From a virus (Duplodnaviria > Caudoviricetes), in IMG/VR virus record IMGVR_UViG_3300044723_000730, positions 1 to 54,808 of that record: DNA of 54,808 nucleotides. One strand, written 5' to 3'. Positions 1 through 8,857 of the stretch are shown here, in pieces. Under the pieces are notes generated by a model, which saw nothing but the letters and a program-made list of their open reading frames with translations, was not told where the DNA came from and did no database searches. How positions within the stretch are numbered: position 1 is the stretch's first letter; each line of letters opens with the position of its first letter. A program made the translations under genes and the position numbers.

Positions 1-1
1 A

Positions 2-310
2 CAGAAACAACAAGCTGCTGCACAACAAGCGGCGCAGCAAAAAGCCCAAGACCCTGTATTCCAGATGCAGCAGCAAGAATTGCAGCTTAAAGTCGCTGAA
101 CAACAGCGTAAAGCTCAAAAAGACCAAACTGATGCTGCATTAGATGCGGCGAGACTTAATTTAGATGCTGACAAAGCAAATAACACTGCTACTATTGAAG
201 CTACACGTATAGCTACACAAACAGAGCAAGCTAACGCAAAACAAGACTTGGATGAGGCCAAAGCCATATTAGACCTCGCCAAAGCGCAACAAACGCCTCC
301 TAGGAGGTAA
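2..310 (+). CDS. C-terminal Gln/Ala-rich coiled coil of probable portal protein (5'-truncated by the window edge)
   Basis: Frame open from base 2 (QKQQAAAQQAAQQKAQDPVFQMQQQEL...); position upstream of scaffold and capsid genes; Q-rich helical barrel typical of podovirus portals. Confidence 0.7.
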   Translation, partial: QKQQAAAQQAAQQKAQDPVFQMQQQELQLKVAEQQRKAQKDQTDAALDAARLNLDADKANNTATIEATRIATQTEQANAKQDLDEAKAILDLAKAQQTPPRR

Positions 311-341
311 AAACAACCACAATCACAGGAGTTAGAACCCT

Positions 342-545
342 ATGAGAAATACAACGCGTGACCCTAAAAATATAAACAATGGGCAAGAATACTCAATTAG
401 AGAGGTATATGTTGCAGCATTAAGAGCTATGTACTGCCTTTGCCATGATGCCGCAGTAGAGGAGCCTAACGAAGCTATGAAGTCCTCTCAAGCAGCGCTA
501 AACCTAGCAAACGCGCTTGATCTCCTAGACAATTTAGGGAGATAA
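342..545 (+). CDS. hypothetical protein, 67 aa
   Basis: AGGAG upstream; fills the gap between portal and the next gene. Confidence 0.6.
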   Translation: MRNTTRDPKNINNGQEYSIREVYVAALRAMYCLCHDAAVEEPNEAMKSSQAALNLANALDLLDNLGR

Positions 546-550
546 ATTTA

Positions 551-748
551 ATGGCAAAAACCGTCTTTGACGTACTTGATGACAAACTTGCTGATCTACA
601 GCAAAGCCAAGAAGAATTTCTTACTAGCGGGGGTGCAAAAGACTTCCCCTCCTATAGGGAATCGTGTGGGGCAATCCGAGGTCTAGCCGCCGCACGCAGA
701 GAAGTACAAGACCTTTCGCGCAATCATTTGGAAGACGAAGATGACTGA
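551..748 (+). CDS. small phage head-region hypothetical protein
   Basis: GGGAG RBS; overlaps the GroES start. Confidence 0.75.
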   Translation: MAKTVFDVLDDKLADLQQSQEEFLTSGGAKDFPSYRESCGAIRGLAAARREVQDLSRNHLEDEDD

Positions 749-1157
749 AGTGGCAAAGCTTACCCCGCTGGAAGAAAAGCGGCGCAAACAGATAGAAGAG
801 AAAGAGCAGGCAGAAGTGGTGTTGGACGCGCACGTCCCTAAACCCGTGGGATACCGCGTGCTTATTGCCCTCCCTACGATAGAAGACACGTTTGAAGGTG
901 GTATCGCTAAGGCCAGCTCAACCATTAGAGAAGAGACTATCCTGACTATGGTGGGGGTGGTGGTCGATATGGGCGAGCAAGCCTATAACGACAAAGAGCG
1001 GTTTCCTTCTGGCCCGTGGTGTAAAGAGGGAGACTTTGTAATGTTCCGTGCTAACACAGGCACGCGCTTTAAAGTAGGCAACGAAGAGTACCGTTTGATG
1101 AACGATGACTCTATCGAGGCCGTTATTGACGATCCGAGTAAATTGACTCGCGCATAA
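741..1157 (+). CDS. groES: co-chaperonin GroES (Cpn10)-like protein
   Basis: PKPVGYRVLI...GGI...GVVVDMG...KEGDFVMF...GT...YRLMNDDSIEAVI matches the Cpn10 pattern. Confidence 0.85.
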   Translation: MTEVAKLTPLEEKRRKQIEEKEQAEVVLDAHVPKPVGYRVLIALPTIEDTFEGGIAKASSTIREETILTMVGVVVDMGEQAYNDKERFPSGPWCKEGDFVMFRANTGTRFKVGNEEYRLMNDDSIEAVIDDPSKLTRA

Positions 1158-1167
1158 GGACTAGACC

Positions 1168-2232
1168 ATGCCAATACAACAAGTTGAGTTTGAGTTCCCT
1201 GATCCTGATAAGGAAGAGAACTTACAAGAAGTTGAAGTGCCCCAAGAAGAACCTAAAGCCGCAGAAATAGAGGTTGAAGGAGTCGAAGGGCGTGAAACTA
1301 TAGAAAAACCTGCCGAGAAAGAAAAAGTTATACAGGCAGGAGAAGTAGAAATTGAGGTGGTGGATGACGTACCCCCGGAAGATCGTGGGCGTAAACCTTC
1401 TCCTCCCCCTGAAGAAGTTACCAATGAAGAGCTTGAGAACTATTCGGAGAAAGTTAAAAACCGGATCAAGCACTTTAGTAAGGGTTACCACGATGAGCGT
1501 AGGGCTAAAGAAGCCGCAGAGCGTGAGCGTGAAGCCCTTGAGCAGTACGCTAAAAATTTAATTGATGAAAATCAACAACTTAAAAGTAAGACAGATCAAA
1601 GCCATAATGCGTTAATTCAATCTGCTAGGAAGCAGGTTGAAGCTGAGTTGGATATGGCTAAGAGGCAGTACCGGCAAGCGTACGAATCAGGAGAACCTGA
1701 TGCGGTACTAGAAGCGCAAACTATGTTGAATGCAGCCCAGATACGTATGGAGCGTGTTAATGGCTTAAAACCAAAAGAAACCGCAGAACAGCAAACAGCT
1801 TTACAACCCAAGCAAAATACTGTTCAATCACAACAACTTGCGCCCGAACCGCAACGTGACGTAAAGGCCGAATCTTGGAGGGATGAAAATCCGTGGTTTG
1901 GTTCTGATGACGAAATGACTGCGTTTGCGTTAGGATTGCATAACAAGTTAACAAAAGAGGGTGCAGACCCTCTATCTGATGAATACTACGAGAAGATAAA
2001 TTCTCGTATGCGACAAGTATTCCCCGATCAATTCGATGATGGAATCGAAGACGAACCAGAGGTAGCACCCAAGCAAAAACCTAGCAATGTGGTGGCTCCC
2101 GCAACGCGGAGCACAGCGCCTAAGAAAATTAGGCTTACGCCGTCACAGATAGCTATTGCAAACAAACTTGGGGTTCCGTTGGAAATATACGCCAAACAGG
2201 CTGCTGAACTAGCGAGGAAACAAAATGGCTGA
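1168..2232 (+). CDS. capsid scaffolding protein
   Basis: Acidic N-terminus, long coiled coil, NPWFG motif, C-terminal LTPSQIAIANKLGVPLEIYAKQ helix; upstream of capsid genes. Confidence 0.65.
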   Translation: MPIQQVEFEFPDPDKEENLQEVEVPQEEPKAAEIEVEGVEGRETIEKPAEKEKVIQAGEVEIEVVDDVPPEDRGRKPSPPPEEVTNEELENYSEKVKNRIKHFSKGYHDERRAKEAAEREREALEQYAKNLIDENQQLKSKTDQSHNALIQSARKQVEAELDMAKRQYRQAYESGEPDAVLEAQTMLNAAQIRMERVNGLKPKETAEQQTALQPKQNTVQSQQLAPEPQRDVKAESWRDENPWFGSDDEMTAFALGLHNKLTKEGADPLSDEYYEKINSRMRQVFPDQFDDGIEDEPEVAPKQKPSNVVAPATRSTAPKKIRLTPSQIAIANKLGVPLEIYAKQAAELARKQNG

Positions 2233-2674
2233 GAATAGACTTAAGCGAGACACGGAGACCCGTGAGAAAAATACCCGCAAGCAGGCGTGGAAAAGGCCAA
2301 CAGTATTGCCTGATCCTACTCCTCAAGATGGGTATACGTTCCACTGGGTTCGTGTAAGCACTATGGGTCAACCTGATTCCACTAATGTTTCTTCTAAATT
2401 ACGTGAAGGCTGGGAGCCTGTACGTGCAGAGGATCACCCCGAAATCTTTAGCGATGCCGTTGCTGACGCACGGTTCAAAGATAACGTCATCGTAGGTGGT
2501 CTAATGTTATGTAAAGCTCCCGATGAGCTTGTCCAAGAGCGAACTGAGTATTACGACCAATTAACGGAATCTCAGATGAACTCCGTGGACAATAACCTCA
2601 TGCGCGAGAATGATCCTCGTATGCCTATATTTAATGATAGGAAATCGAAGGTTACTTTCGGCAGAGGAAACTAA
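2225..2674 (+). CDS. conserved phage head-region protein
   Basis: Overlaps scaffold gene; WVRVST...LREGWEPV...VGGLMLCK motifs recalled from related phages. Confidence 0.7.
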   Translation: MAENRLKRDTETREKNTRKQAWKRPTVLPDPTPQDGYTFHWVRVSTMGQPDSTNVSSKLREGWEPVRAEDHPEIFSDAVADARFKDNVIVGGLMLCKAPDELVQERTEYYDQLTESQMNSVDNNLMRENDPRMPIFNDRKSKVTFGRGN

Positions 2675-2697
2675 CTTTATTTTAGGAGTGTTTTATC

Positions 2698-3285
2698 ATG
2701 GCTTATCCAACAGTCAGTGCACCCTACGGTTTTCACCCAGTTAACCGTGTAGACGGTATGCCTTATGCAGGACAGACTCGCCTTATTCCTATTGCGAGCA
2801 CCTACAACGTGGCTATTTTCTACGGTGATCTGATTAAAATCGTAACGGCAGGCACATGTGAGAAATTCACTGGCACTACTACTGGCTCCCCTGCGGGTGT
2901 CTTTGTAGGTGTCCAGTACGTCAATGCTGAAGGCCAGTTCACACCGGCTCAGTATTACCCCGGCACTAGCGTCACTGAAGCTTATGCCGTTGTAGTTGAC
3001 GACCCAATGGCGGCGTTTAAAGTAGCTGTAACGGACAATGCTAGCGCTATGTCTTCCGCAGCCCGTGCCGCCGTGGCATCAAACATGTCTGTAATACAAG
3101 GCACTGGAGATACCGCTACTGGTAACTCTGCTGTGTCCGTACTCGCAGGTTCGGAGAACACAACTGCTGCTCTCCCTATCCGAGTAATTGATGTTGTTGC
3201 AGAAACTTCAACCGCTGCTGATACTTATGTTGAGCTGATCGTTAAGATCAACCTGCATCAGTACACCAACACAACTGGCGTATAA
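2698..3285 (+). CDS. capsid decoration/minor capsid protein
   Basis: AGGAG RBS; beta-rich Ala/Thr/Gly/Val protein directly before the major capsid gene. Confidence 0.6.
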   Translation: MAYPTVSAPYGFHPVNRVDGMPYAGQTRLIPIASTYNVAIFYGDLIKIVTAGTCEKFTGTTTGSPAGVFVGVQYVNAEGQFTPAQYYPGTSVTEAYAVVVDDPMAAFKVAVTDNASAMSSAARAAVASNMSVIQGTGDTATGNSAVSVLAGSENTTAALPIRVIDVVAETSTAADTYVELIVKINLHQYTNTTGV

Positions 3286-3297
3286 GGAGGCTGACTA

Positions 3298-4206
3298 ATG
3301 GCTATTTCAAGAGCGCAACTCCTTAAGGAGCTACTACCGGGCCTAAACGCCCTATTTGGCCTCGAATACGCTAAGTATGGCGATGAGGCTGCTGAAATCT
3401 TCGAGACTGAATCTTCGGAACGGTCTTTCGAGGAAGAAACCAAGTTGTCCGGTTTCAGTGCTGCACCTGTTAAAGGTGAGGGTTCTGCAATCTCTTATGA
3501 CAACGCGCAAGAAGCTTGGACTGCTCGTTACACACACGAGACAGTCGCTATGGGCTTTTCGCTGACTGAGGAAGCAATCGAAGATAACCTCTACGATTCT
3601 CTTTCTTCTCGCTATACAAAGGCACTTGCCCGCGCTATGGCGTACACCAAGCAAACCAAAGGCGCTGCTATTCTTAACAACGCTTTTGCTGCCGGTACTA
3701 CATATGGTGATGGACAGACTCTCTGTTCCACTGCTCACCCTCTAGTATCTGGTGGTACTAACTCAAACCGTCCTGCTGTTGCGGCTGACCTTAACGAAGC
3801 TTCTCTTGAAGCGGCTGTTATCCAGATCGCTGGTTGGACTGATGAGCGTGGTCTGCTTATCGCAGCTAAGCCTTCTAAGCTGGTTATCCCACCTGCGCTG
3901 CAATTCGTTGCAACACGTTTGTTGGATTCCGAGCTTCGTCCGGGCACAGCGGATAACGACATCAATGCCATGAACAACAACGGTACAATTCCGGGTGGTT
4001 ACACAGTTAACAACTACCTGACTGATACCAATGCTTGGTTCTTGATGACCGACATCCCGAATGGCCTGAAGCACTTTGTCCGCTCTCCAATGCAAACCAG
4101 CATGGATGCAGACTTTGACACAGGTAACAGCCGATATAAGGCTCGTGAGCGATACAGCTTCGGCGTATCTGACCCACTGGGCATCTTCGGTTCACCCGGC
4201 GCTTAA
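3298..4206 (+). CDS. major capsid protein (HK97 fold)
   Basis: AAGGAGG RBS; MAISRAQLLKELLPGLNALFG...EEAIEDNLYD...DFDTGNSRYKARERYSFGVSDPLG pattern; followed by a terminator. Confidence 0.9.
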   Translation: MAISRAQLLKELLPGLNALFGLEYAKYGDEAAEIFETESSERSFEEETKLSGFSAAPVKGEGSAISYDNAQEAWTARYTHETVAMGFSLTEEAIEDNLYDSLSSRYTKALARAMAYTKQTKGAAILNNAFAAGTTYGDGQTLCSTAHPLVSGGTNSNRPAVAADLNEASLEAAVIQIAGWTDERGLLIAAKPSKLVIPPALQFVATRLLDSELRPGTADNDINAMNNNGTIPGGYTVNNYLTDTNAWFLMTDIPNGLKHFVRSPMQTSMDADFDTGNSRYKARERYSFGVSDPLGIFGSPGA

Positions 4207-4233
4207 TAAGCAAAAGGTAGATGTGGGTAGATT

Positions 4234-4257
4234 GGGGGCTTCGGCCCCCTTTCTTTT
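4234..4257 (+). terminator. Rho-independent terminator after the capsid gene
   Basis: GGGGGC-TTCG-GCCCCC followed by TTTCTTTT. Confidence 0.9.
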
Positions 4258-4259
4258 GT

Positions 4260-4290
4260 TTGTACAAAACTAGTTTACGTGATATATACT
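4260..4290 (+). promoter_or_regulatory. possible sigma70-type promoter
   Basis: TTGTAC (4260) with TG-A-TATATA at 17 bp spacing, or TATACT at 4285-4290; restarts transcription after the terminator. Confidence 0.4.
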
Positions 4291-4298
4291 AGAGTATA

Positions 4299-4375
4299 CC
4301 GAGGTCATTCGGTGTATCTGACAGTCTCGGCTGACGACATGCAGACGGATACACCCCACAAATTAACTCGCATGT
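4299..4375 (+). ncRNA. structured, pseudoknotted leader RNA candidate
   Basis: Three interleaved helices: 4299-4304/4325-4330, 4311-4320/4346-4355, 4337-4342/4370-4375; the last abuts the GAGGA RBS. Confidence 0.6.
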
Positions 4376-4386
4376 GAGGAATTAAA

Positions 4387-4863
4387 ATGGGTACCACTAC
4401 CTTTTCTGGCCCCGTCAAAGCGGGCACTATTTCAAATACTACCGGGACAACTCTCGGTGAAGACGTGAAAAACACGGGCCAAGTAACTATGGCTCAGACT
4501 TTTTCCACCGGAACTGCGCTTGCGGATGGAGCTTCTGCTGCGAATGACACTACTGTAGTTATTCCTGCTAACTCTCAAATTGTTGACATTGTAATAGACT
4601 GCCCTACAGCTATGGCGGGCGCTACAGCAGTGTTGAGTGTGGGAGATACTGTCGGTGGCAACGCTACGTTTATCAATACTTTTTCCATCACAGTCGCTTC
4701 TGGGGCAGGTCGAAAGTACCCTACAACTGAAGCTGGTGGTGCCCTTTCTTGGGCTGACATTGGGACTGCGGATAAAAAGCTGACTTGGACTACCACCGGA
4801 GCTACTACTGGCGGCGAAATCAGAGTAACTGTTCTGTATCAACAAAACATTAATCTCGCCTAA
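4387..4863 (+). CDS. virion structural (decoration-like) protein
   Basis: GAGGA RBS; MGTTTFSGPVKAG start; IPANSQIVDI motif; Thr/Gly-rich beta protein. Confidence 0.65.
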   Translation: MGTTTFSGPVKAGTISNTTGTTLGEDVKNTGQVTMAQTFSTGTALADGASAANDTTVVIPANSQIVDIVIDCPTAMAGATAVLSVGDTVGGNATFINTFSITVASGAGRKYPTTEAGGALSWADIGTADKKLTWTTTGATTGGEIRVTVLYQQNINLA

Positions 4864-4897
4864 ATTGGGTTATTAACCTTTAAACTAGGAGATTTAA

Positions 4898-5305
4898 ATG
4901 GCTGATACAGTAACGACTCAAATAATCCAAGACGGCGCACGTCAAGCGATCATTAAAGTCAACACTGCTGTGGGTAACACCGATGTAGTAACGTCTACGA
5001 TGGTGGATGTGTCTACGTTGAGTGCAGACCCTGTTAGCAGGAGAGCCTGCACTGGCGTTGTTTTGGCAAAACTTGTGTATGTAGGTGTTGGAGTGGGGGT
5101 CAAACTAGAATGGGATGCTACGGCTAATACCCTTATTTTTGATCTGCCAGTAAACTGGACGGAAGAGTACGATTTTTCTGACTTTACCGGGATACCCAAC
5201 AACTCTGGTGCTGGCAAGACAGGGGACATAGTAGCGACTACTGTATCTCCTAGTGGTGGTGATACGTACTCTTTTATATTTACTTTAAATAAGCAATATG
5301 GCTAA
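4898..5305 (+). CDS. putative virion protein
   Basis: AGGAG RBS; beta-rich; GAGKTGDI motif. Confidence 0.6.
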   Translation: MADTVTTQIIQDGARQAIIKVNTAVGNTDVVTSTMVDVSTLSADPVSRRACTGVVLAKLVYVGVGVGVKLEWDATANTLIFDLPVNWTEEYDFSDFTGIPNNSGAGKTGDIVATTVSPSGGDTYSFIFTLNKQYG

Positions 5306-5573
5306 GCAAGTAGACAAGAAGAAAATGGCTTGTAACAAGCCGCGTCGTACTCCTTCTCACCCCAAAAAGTCCCACATTGTGAAGGCTTGTGAGGGCGGGA
5401 AGGAGAAGATCATTCGTTTTGGAGAGCAGGGTGCCAGCACGGCTGGAAAGCCCAAGAAAGGTGAATCTGCGCGGATGAAGGCAAAGCGCAAATCGTTTAA
5501 ATCTCGCCACGGTAAGAACATTGCCAAGGGCAAGATGAGCGCAGCTTATTGGGCTGATAAGGTTAAGTGGTAG
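5298..5573 (+). CDS. small basic protein
   Basis: Lys/Arg-rich; KIIRFGEQG...RKSFKSRH...SAAYWADKVKW. Confidence 0.75.
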   Translation: MAKQVDKKKMACNKPRRTPSHPKKSHIVKACEGGKEKIIRFGEQGASTAGKPKKGESARMKAKRKSFKSRHGKNIAKGKMSAAYWADKVKW

Positions 5574-5582
5574 GAGACCATT

Positions 5583-5918
5583 ATGGCAGTAACTAGAGTA
5601 CAGAACCCCCCACGAAAAACAACAAGACAAAAAATGCGGGAAGATACGAAAGCTGGGAAGCGTGAATCTAGCGATTCCATTCCGGGCCGTGGTAAAGATG
5701 CTACTCGTGCGGCTGTAGATAAGCGTAGGGCAGAAAGAAAAGGCTCTTATAAAACGAGAATGCTCGATCCTGCACCTATACCTATACCTGAACCGGCTGA
5801 ACCTGCGGCCCGCCCGTCAAATATTAGGCCCGCCCGCCCGCAAGAAATGAAAAAAGGCGGTAAAGTTAAAAGAGACCGGCGTGACGGTATAGCGTTACGC
5901 GGTAAAACACGAGCGTAA
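5583..5918 (+). CDS. small basic protein
   Basis: AGGAG RBS; MKKGGKV and RDGIALRGKTR motifs. Confidence 0.7.
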   Translation: MAVTRVQNPPRKTTRQKMREDTKAGKRESSDSIPGRGKDATRAAVDKRRAERKGSYKTRMLDPAPIPIPEPAEPAARPSNIRPARPQEMKKGGKVKRDRRDGIALRGKTRA

Positions 5919-6265
5919 TGCCTAGCAAGTCTAAAAAGCAGCACAAGTTTATGGCGGCGGTGGCTAATAACCCCCAGTTCGCTAGACGTGCCGGTGTTCC
6001 ACAGAGCGTGGGGCGTGAGTACATGAAGGCCGACAGAGGCCGTTCATTCAACGAAGGAGGTGATCTAGTGTCTAATTGCGGTACTAAGCGCATGAACGTG
6101 GGCGGCAAGCCCGGTTATCATCGTATGCCTGACGGCACCATGATGAAAGATTCTGAGCATCAGGGCATGAATTACGGCGGTAAAGTCAAGAAGATGAACA
6201 AAGGCGGTATGTGCCGTGGTAATGGTATCGCCCAGCGTGGTCAAGGTAGGATAAACCTCCGATGA
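5918..6265 (+). CDS. small basic protein with four xxGG motifs
   Basis: Coupled start (TAATG); MPSKSKKQHKFMAAVA. Confidence 0.75.
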   Translation: MPSKSKKQHKFMAAVANNPQFARRAGVPQSVGREYMKADRGRSFNEGGDLVSNCGTKRMNVGGKPGYHRMPDGTMMKDSEHQGMNYGGKVKKMNKGGMCRGNGIAQRGQGRINLR

Positions 6266-6456
6266 TGAAATGCAGAGGTATGGGCAAAATGCGGCCCGTA
6301 GCTTTAAAGAAAGGTGGATCAGTTAAAGACGAGTGCTACCGCAAGGTGAAGGCTCGGTACAAAGTGTTCCCCTCTGCTTACGCTTCTGGTGCCATAGCTA
6401 AGTGCCGTAAAGTCGGTGCTAAGAACTGGGGTAATAAGTCCAGTGGCCGTTCGTAA
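6262..6456 (+). CDS. small basic protein
   Basis: ATGA overlap; CYRKVKARYKVFPSAYASGAIAKCRK. Confidence 0.75.
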   Translation: MMKCRGMGKMRPVALKKGGSVKDECYRKVKARYKVFPSAYASGAIAKCRKVGAKNWGNKSSGRS

Positions 6457-6736
6457 GACGAAAAAAGGCGCAGCGTTAAAACGCTGGTTTAAGGAAGATT
6501 GGAAAGACGTTCGCACGGGAAAAGCCTGCGGGCGGAAGAAGGGTGAAAAGAGGGGCACGCCTTACTGTAGACCCACCAAACGAGTTTCCAGTAAGACCCC
6601 TAAAACCTCTGGTGAGATGACTAAATCCGAGAAACGATCTCGGATAGCCCAGAAGAAACGGCTAGGTCAACCAGCAGGAGCGCCTAAGAGAGTCCAATCT
6701 TTGAAACGTAAGAAGAAGGTGGCGAAGAAAAAATAA
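6443..6736 (+). CDS. small basic protein
   Basis: Probable GTG start; LKRWFKEDWKDV...CGR...YCRPTKRVSSKTPKT. Confidence 0.7.
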   Translation: MAVRKTKKGAALKRWFKEDWKDVRTGKACGRKKGEKRGTPYCRPTKRVSSKTPKTSGEMTKSEKRSRIAQKKRLGQPAGAPKRVQSLKRKKKVAKKK

Positions 6737-7441
6737 ATGGCTACTTCAGGTACAGCTACATTTAATATGGACTTCACCGAGATCGCTGAAGAAGCGTGGG
6801 AACGTGCTGGCCGTGAGATGCGTTCTGGTTATGACCTGCGTACTGCTCGTAGGTCTATGAATTTGTTGACTATTGAGTGGCAGAACCGTGGCATCAACAT
6901 GTGGACTATCGAGGAAGGCACTGTCAACCTTGTGGAAGGGACGGCGACGTACGCTCTACCGGCAGACACCATTGATTTGCTTGAGCACGTTGTACGTACT
7001 GGTAGCGGTAATATTACTACTCAGTCTGATCTCAACATTACGCGCATAAGTGTATCTACTTACTCTAGTATCCCTAACAAACTTTCTCAGGGGCGCCCTA
7101 TACAACTGTATATAGACAGAGGCCAAGCAAATCCCTCCGTTACTGTATGGCCCGTCCCAGATCAAGGCACCGCACTTGATCCTTACTATATTTTAAAATA
7201 TTGGCGTATGCGGCGTATTGAGGACTCAGGAACGGGTGTTAACACCGCCGATGTAAACTTTAGATTCCTGCCCTGTTTAGTTGCAGGGCTTGCGTATTAT
7301 ATAGCGCAAAAAGACCCAGAGCTGATGCCCAGAATACCTATGCTACAAACGGAGTATGAAAGGCAGTTTGAGTTAGCGGCAGGGGAAGACAGAGAGAAAG
7401 CTTCTATTAGTTTAGTGCCCCGTAGTTATGGCGTGAGGTAG
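6737..7441 (+). CDS. head-tail adaptor / tail tubular protein A-like
   Basis: ARRSMNLLTIEWQNRGINMW...GRP...WPVPD...RFLPCLVAGLAYY...YERQFELA pattern; position in morphogenesis arm. Confidence 0.65.
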   Translation: MATSGTATFNMDFTEIAEEAWERAGREMRSGYDLRTARRSMNLLTIEWQNRGINMWTIEEGTVNLVEGTATYALPADTIDLLEHVVRTGSGNITTQSDLNITRISVSTYSSIPNKLSQGRPIQLYIDRGQANPSVTVWPVPDQGTALDPYYILKYWRMRRIEDSGTGVNTADVNFRFLPCLVAGLAYYIAQKDPELMPRIPMLQTEYERQFELAAGEDREKASISLVPRSYGVR

Positions 7442-7443
7442 AT

Positions 7444-7761
7444 ATGAGTCAGAGATTTGCCTCGGCTCAAAACGCAATAGCGATATGCGATATTTGCGGG
7501 TTTCAGTACAAACTTAGAGAGCTTAGACAATTAATTGTAAAGGGGAACAAGACAAACTTAAAAGCTTGCCCCGAGTGTTGGAACCCAGATCAGCCGCAAA
7601 ACAGGTTGGGAGAGTTTCCAGTAGATGATCCACAGGCAGTGCGCGATCCTAGATCAGACGCTGCGGAGCTTGCAGCTAGTAGAGCACACATACAGCCTAT
7701 AAACCCCTCGTTAGTTTTAGGGTCAGGGCAGATAGGCCAAGTAACTATTTCAATCACTTAG
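7444..7761 (+). CDS. Zn-finger protein (CxxC...CxxC)
   Basis: CDICG and CPECW motifs; GAGG RBS. Confidence 0.7.
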   Translation: MSQRFASAQNAIAICDICGFQYKLRELRQLIVKGNKTNLKACPECWNPDQPQNRLGEFPVDDPQAVRDPRSDAAELAASRAHIQPINPSLVLGSGQIGQVTISIT

Positions 7762-7771
7762 AGGTTTGAAA

Positions 7772-7945
7772 ATGAAAAGATCAAACAAAAAGGTGCCCAG
7801 TGTTATTGAACACCCCAACGAGCCTGTGGCTTACAAAGTGGACACTGTTAATCAACCGCCTAAAGACATGAAAACTAGTGGCGTTAAAATTCGTGGTACT
7901 GGTGCTGCTACTAAAGGCACAATGGCACGGGGGCCAATGGCGTAG
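7772..7945 (+). CDS. small basic protein, 57 aa (absent from ORF track)
   Basis: GAGG RBS; MKRSNKK...RGTGAATKGTMARGPMA. Confidence 0.7.
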   Translation: MKRSNKKVPSVIEHPNEPVAYKVDTVNQPPKDMKTSGVKIRGTGAATKGTMARGPMA

Positions 7946-8571
7946 TGAATTACACTGAGCTAAAAGCAAATGTAGAAGACATCTGCGAACAGACGTTCAC
8001 GGCAGATCAACATGCTATGTTTGCAGAACAGGCCGAGCAGAAGATATACAGCACGGTACAGATTCCTGCGCTTCGTAAAAACCAGACAGGTAGTCTGACT
8101 ACTGGAAACAAGTATCTGACAATGCCTACGGGTATGTTGTACGTGTTTTCTTTAGCGATTATTAGTGGAAACGACTACACCTACTTGTTAGATAAAGATT
8201 CTAACTTTATGCGTGAGGCTTATCCGAACCCTTCTACAACTGGCACGCCCAAGCATTACGCAATATTTGACCAGAACAGCTTTATCGTAGGGCCAACACC
8301 AGACGCTAACTACGCGGCTGAGATACATTTTGGCTACTACCCAGAGTCTATTGTTACTGCGGGAACTACTTGGCTCGGCGATGAGTTTGATTCTGCGTTG
8401 TTGAACGGTGCTCTGGTTGAAGCGATACGTTTTCAGAAAGGTGAACCTGACATGGTGGCCCTATACGAGAAGATGTATGTACAGGCTGTAGCCCTGCTGA
8501 AGAACCTCGGTGATGGCAAGCTTCGTGAGGATACTTACCGCTCTGGGCAGGTTAGGAGAGAAGTCGCTTGA
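7945..8571 (+). CDS. second head-tail adaptor-like virion protein
   Basis: GTG start; GTPKHYA...VGPTPD...ALLNGALVEA pattern. Confidence 0.6.
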   Translation: MNYTELKANVEDICEQTFTADQHAMFAEQAEQKIYSTVQIPALRKNQTGSLTTGNKYLTMPTGMLYVFSLAIISGNDYTYLLDKDSNFMREAYPNPSTTGTPKHYAIFDQNSFIVGPTPDANYAAEIHFGYYPESIVTAGTTWLGDEFDSALLNGALVEAIRFQKGEPDMVALYEKMYVQAVALLKNLGDGKLREDTYRSGQVRREVA

Positions 8572-8855
8572 TCGGTTCAGAAAGTGTAGTAAAGGTAGGC
8601 AACGTCACAGTAAAGACAGTCTCCAACAGAGGGTTTACTCCCGAAGAGCTGGCTGAACAGGCGCTAGACAAGATTATTTATGTAGGAGGCAACTGCCATC
8701 CGGCCATACAGGAGCAGGCAGAGGCTTTCAAAAATCAAATTCGTGGTGTGTTAGTGGAAAGCATGAAACAAGCTATACGATCTGATCGCACTACTTTGGC
8801 AAACCAATTCCGCGCCGTTGGGCACCCGGAACTTGTAAAACTACTGGAGAGCTAA
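8568..8855 (+). CDS. hypothetical protein
   Basis: TTG start overlapping previous stop; AGGAG upstream. Confidence 0.65.
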   Translation: MIGSESVVKVGNVTVKTVSNRGFTPEELAEQALDKIIYVGGNCHPAIQEQAEAFKNQIRGVLVESMKQAIRSDRTTLANQFRAVGHPELVKLLES

Positions 8856-8857
8856 TA

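Noticed and set aside
4331-4380. Hammerhead ribozyme suggested by CTGACGA
   Set aside because: No GAAA after the would-be stem II and no stem III/NUH arrangement; an HDV-like fold also fails because there is no room for P3/L3
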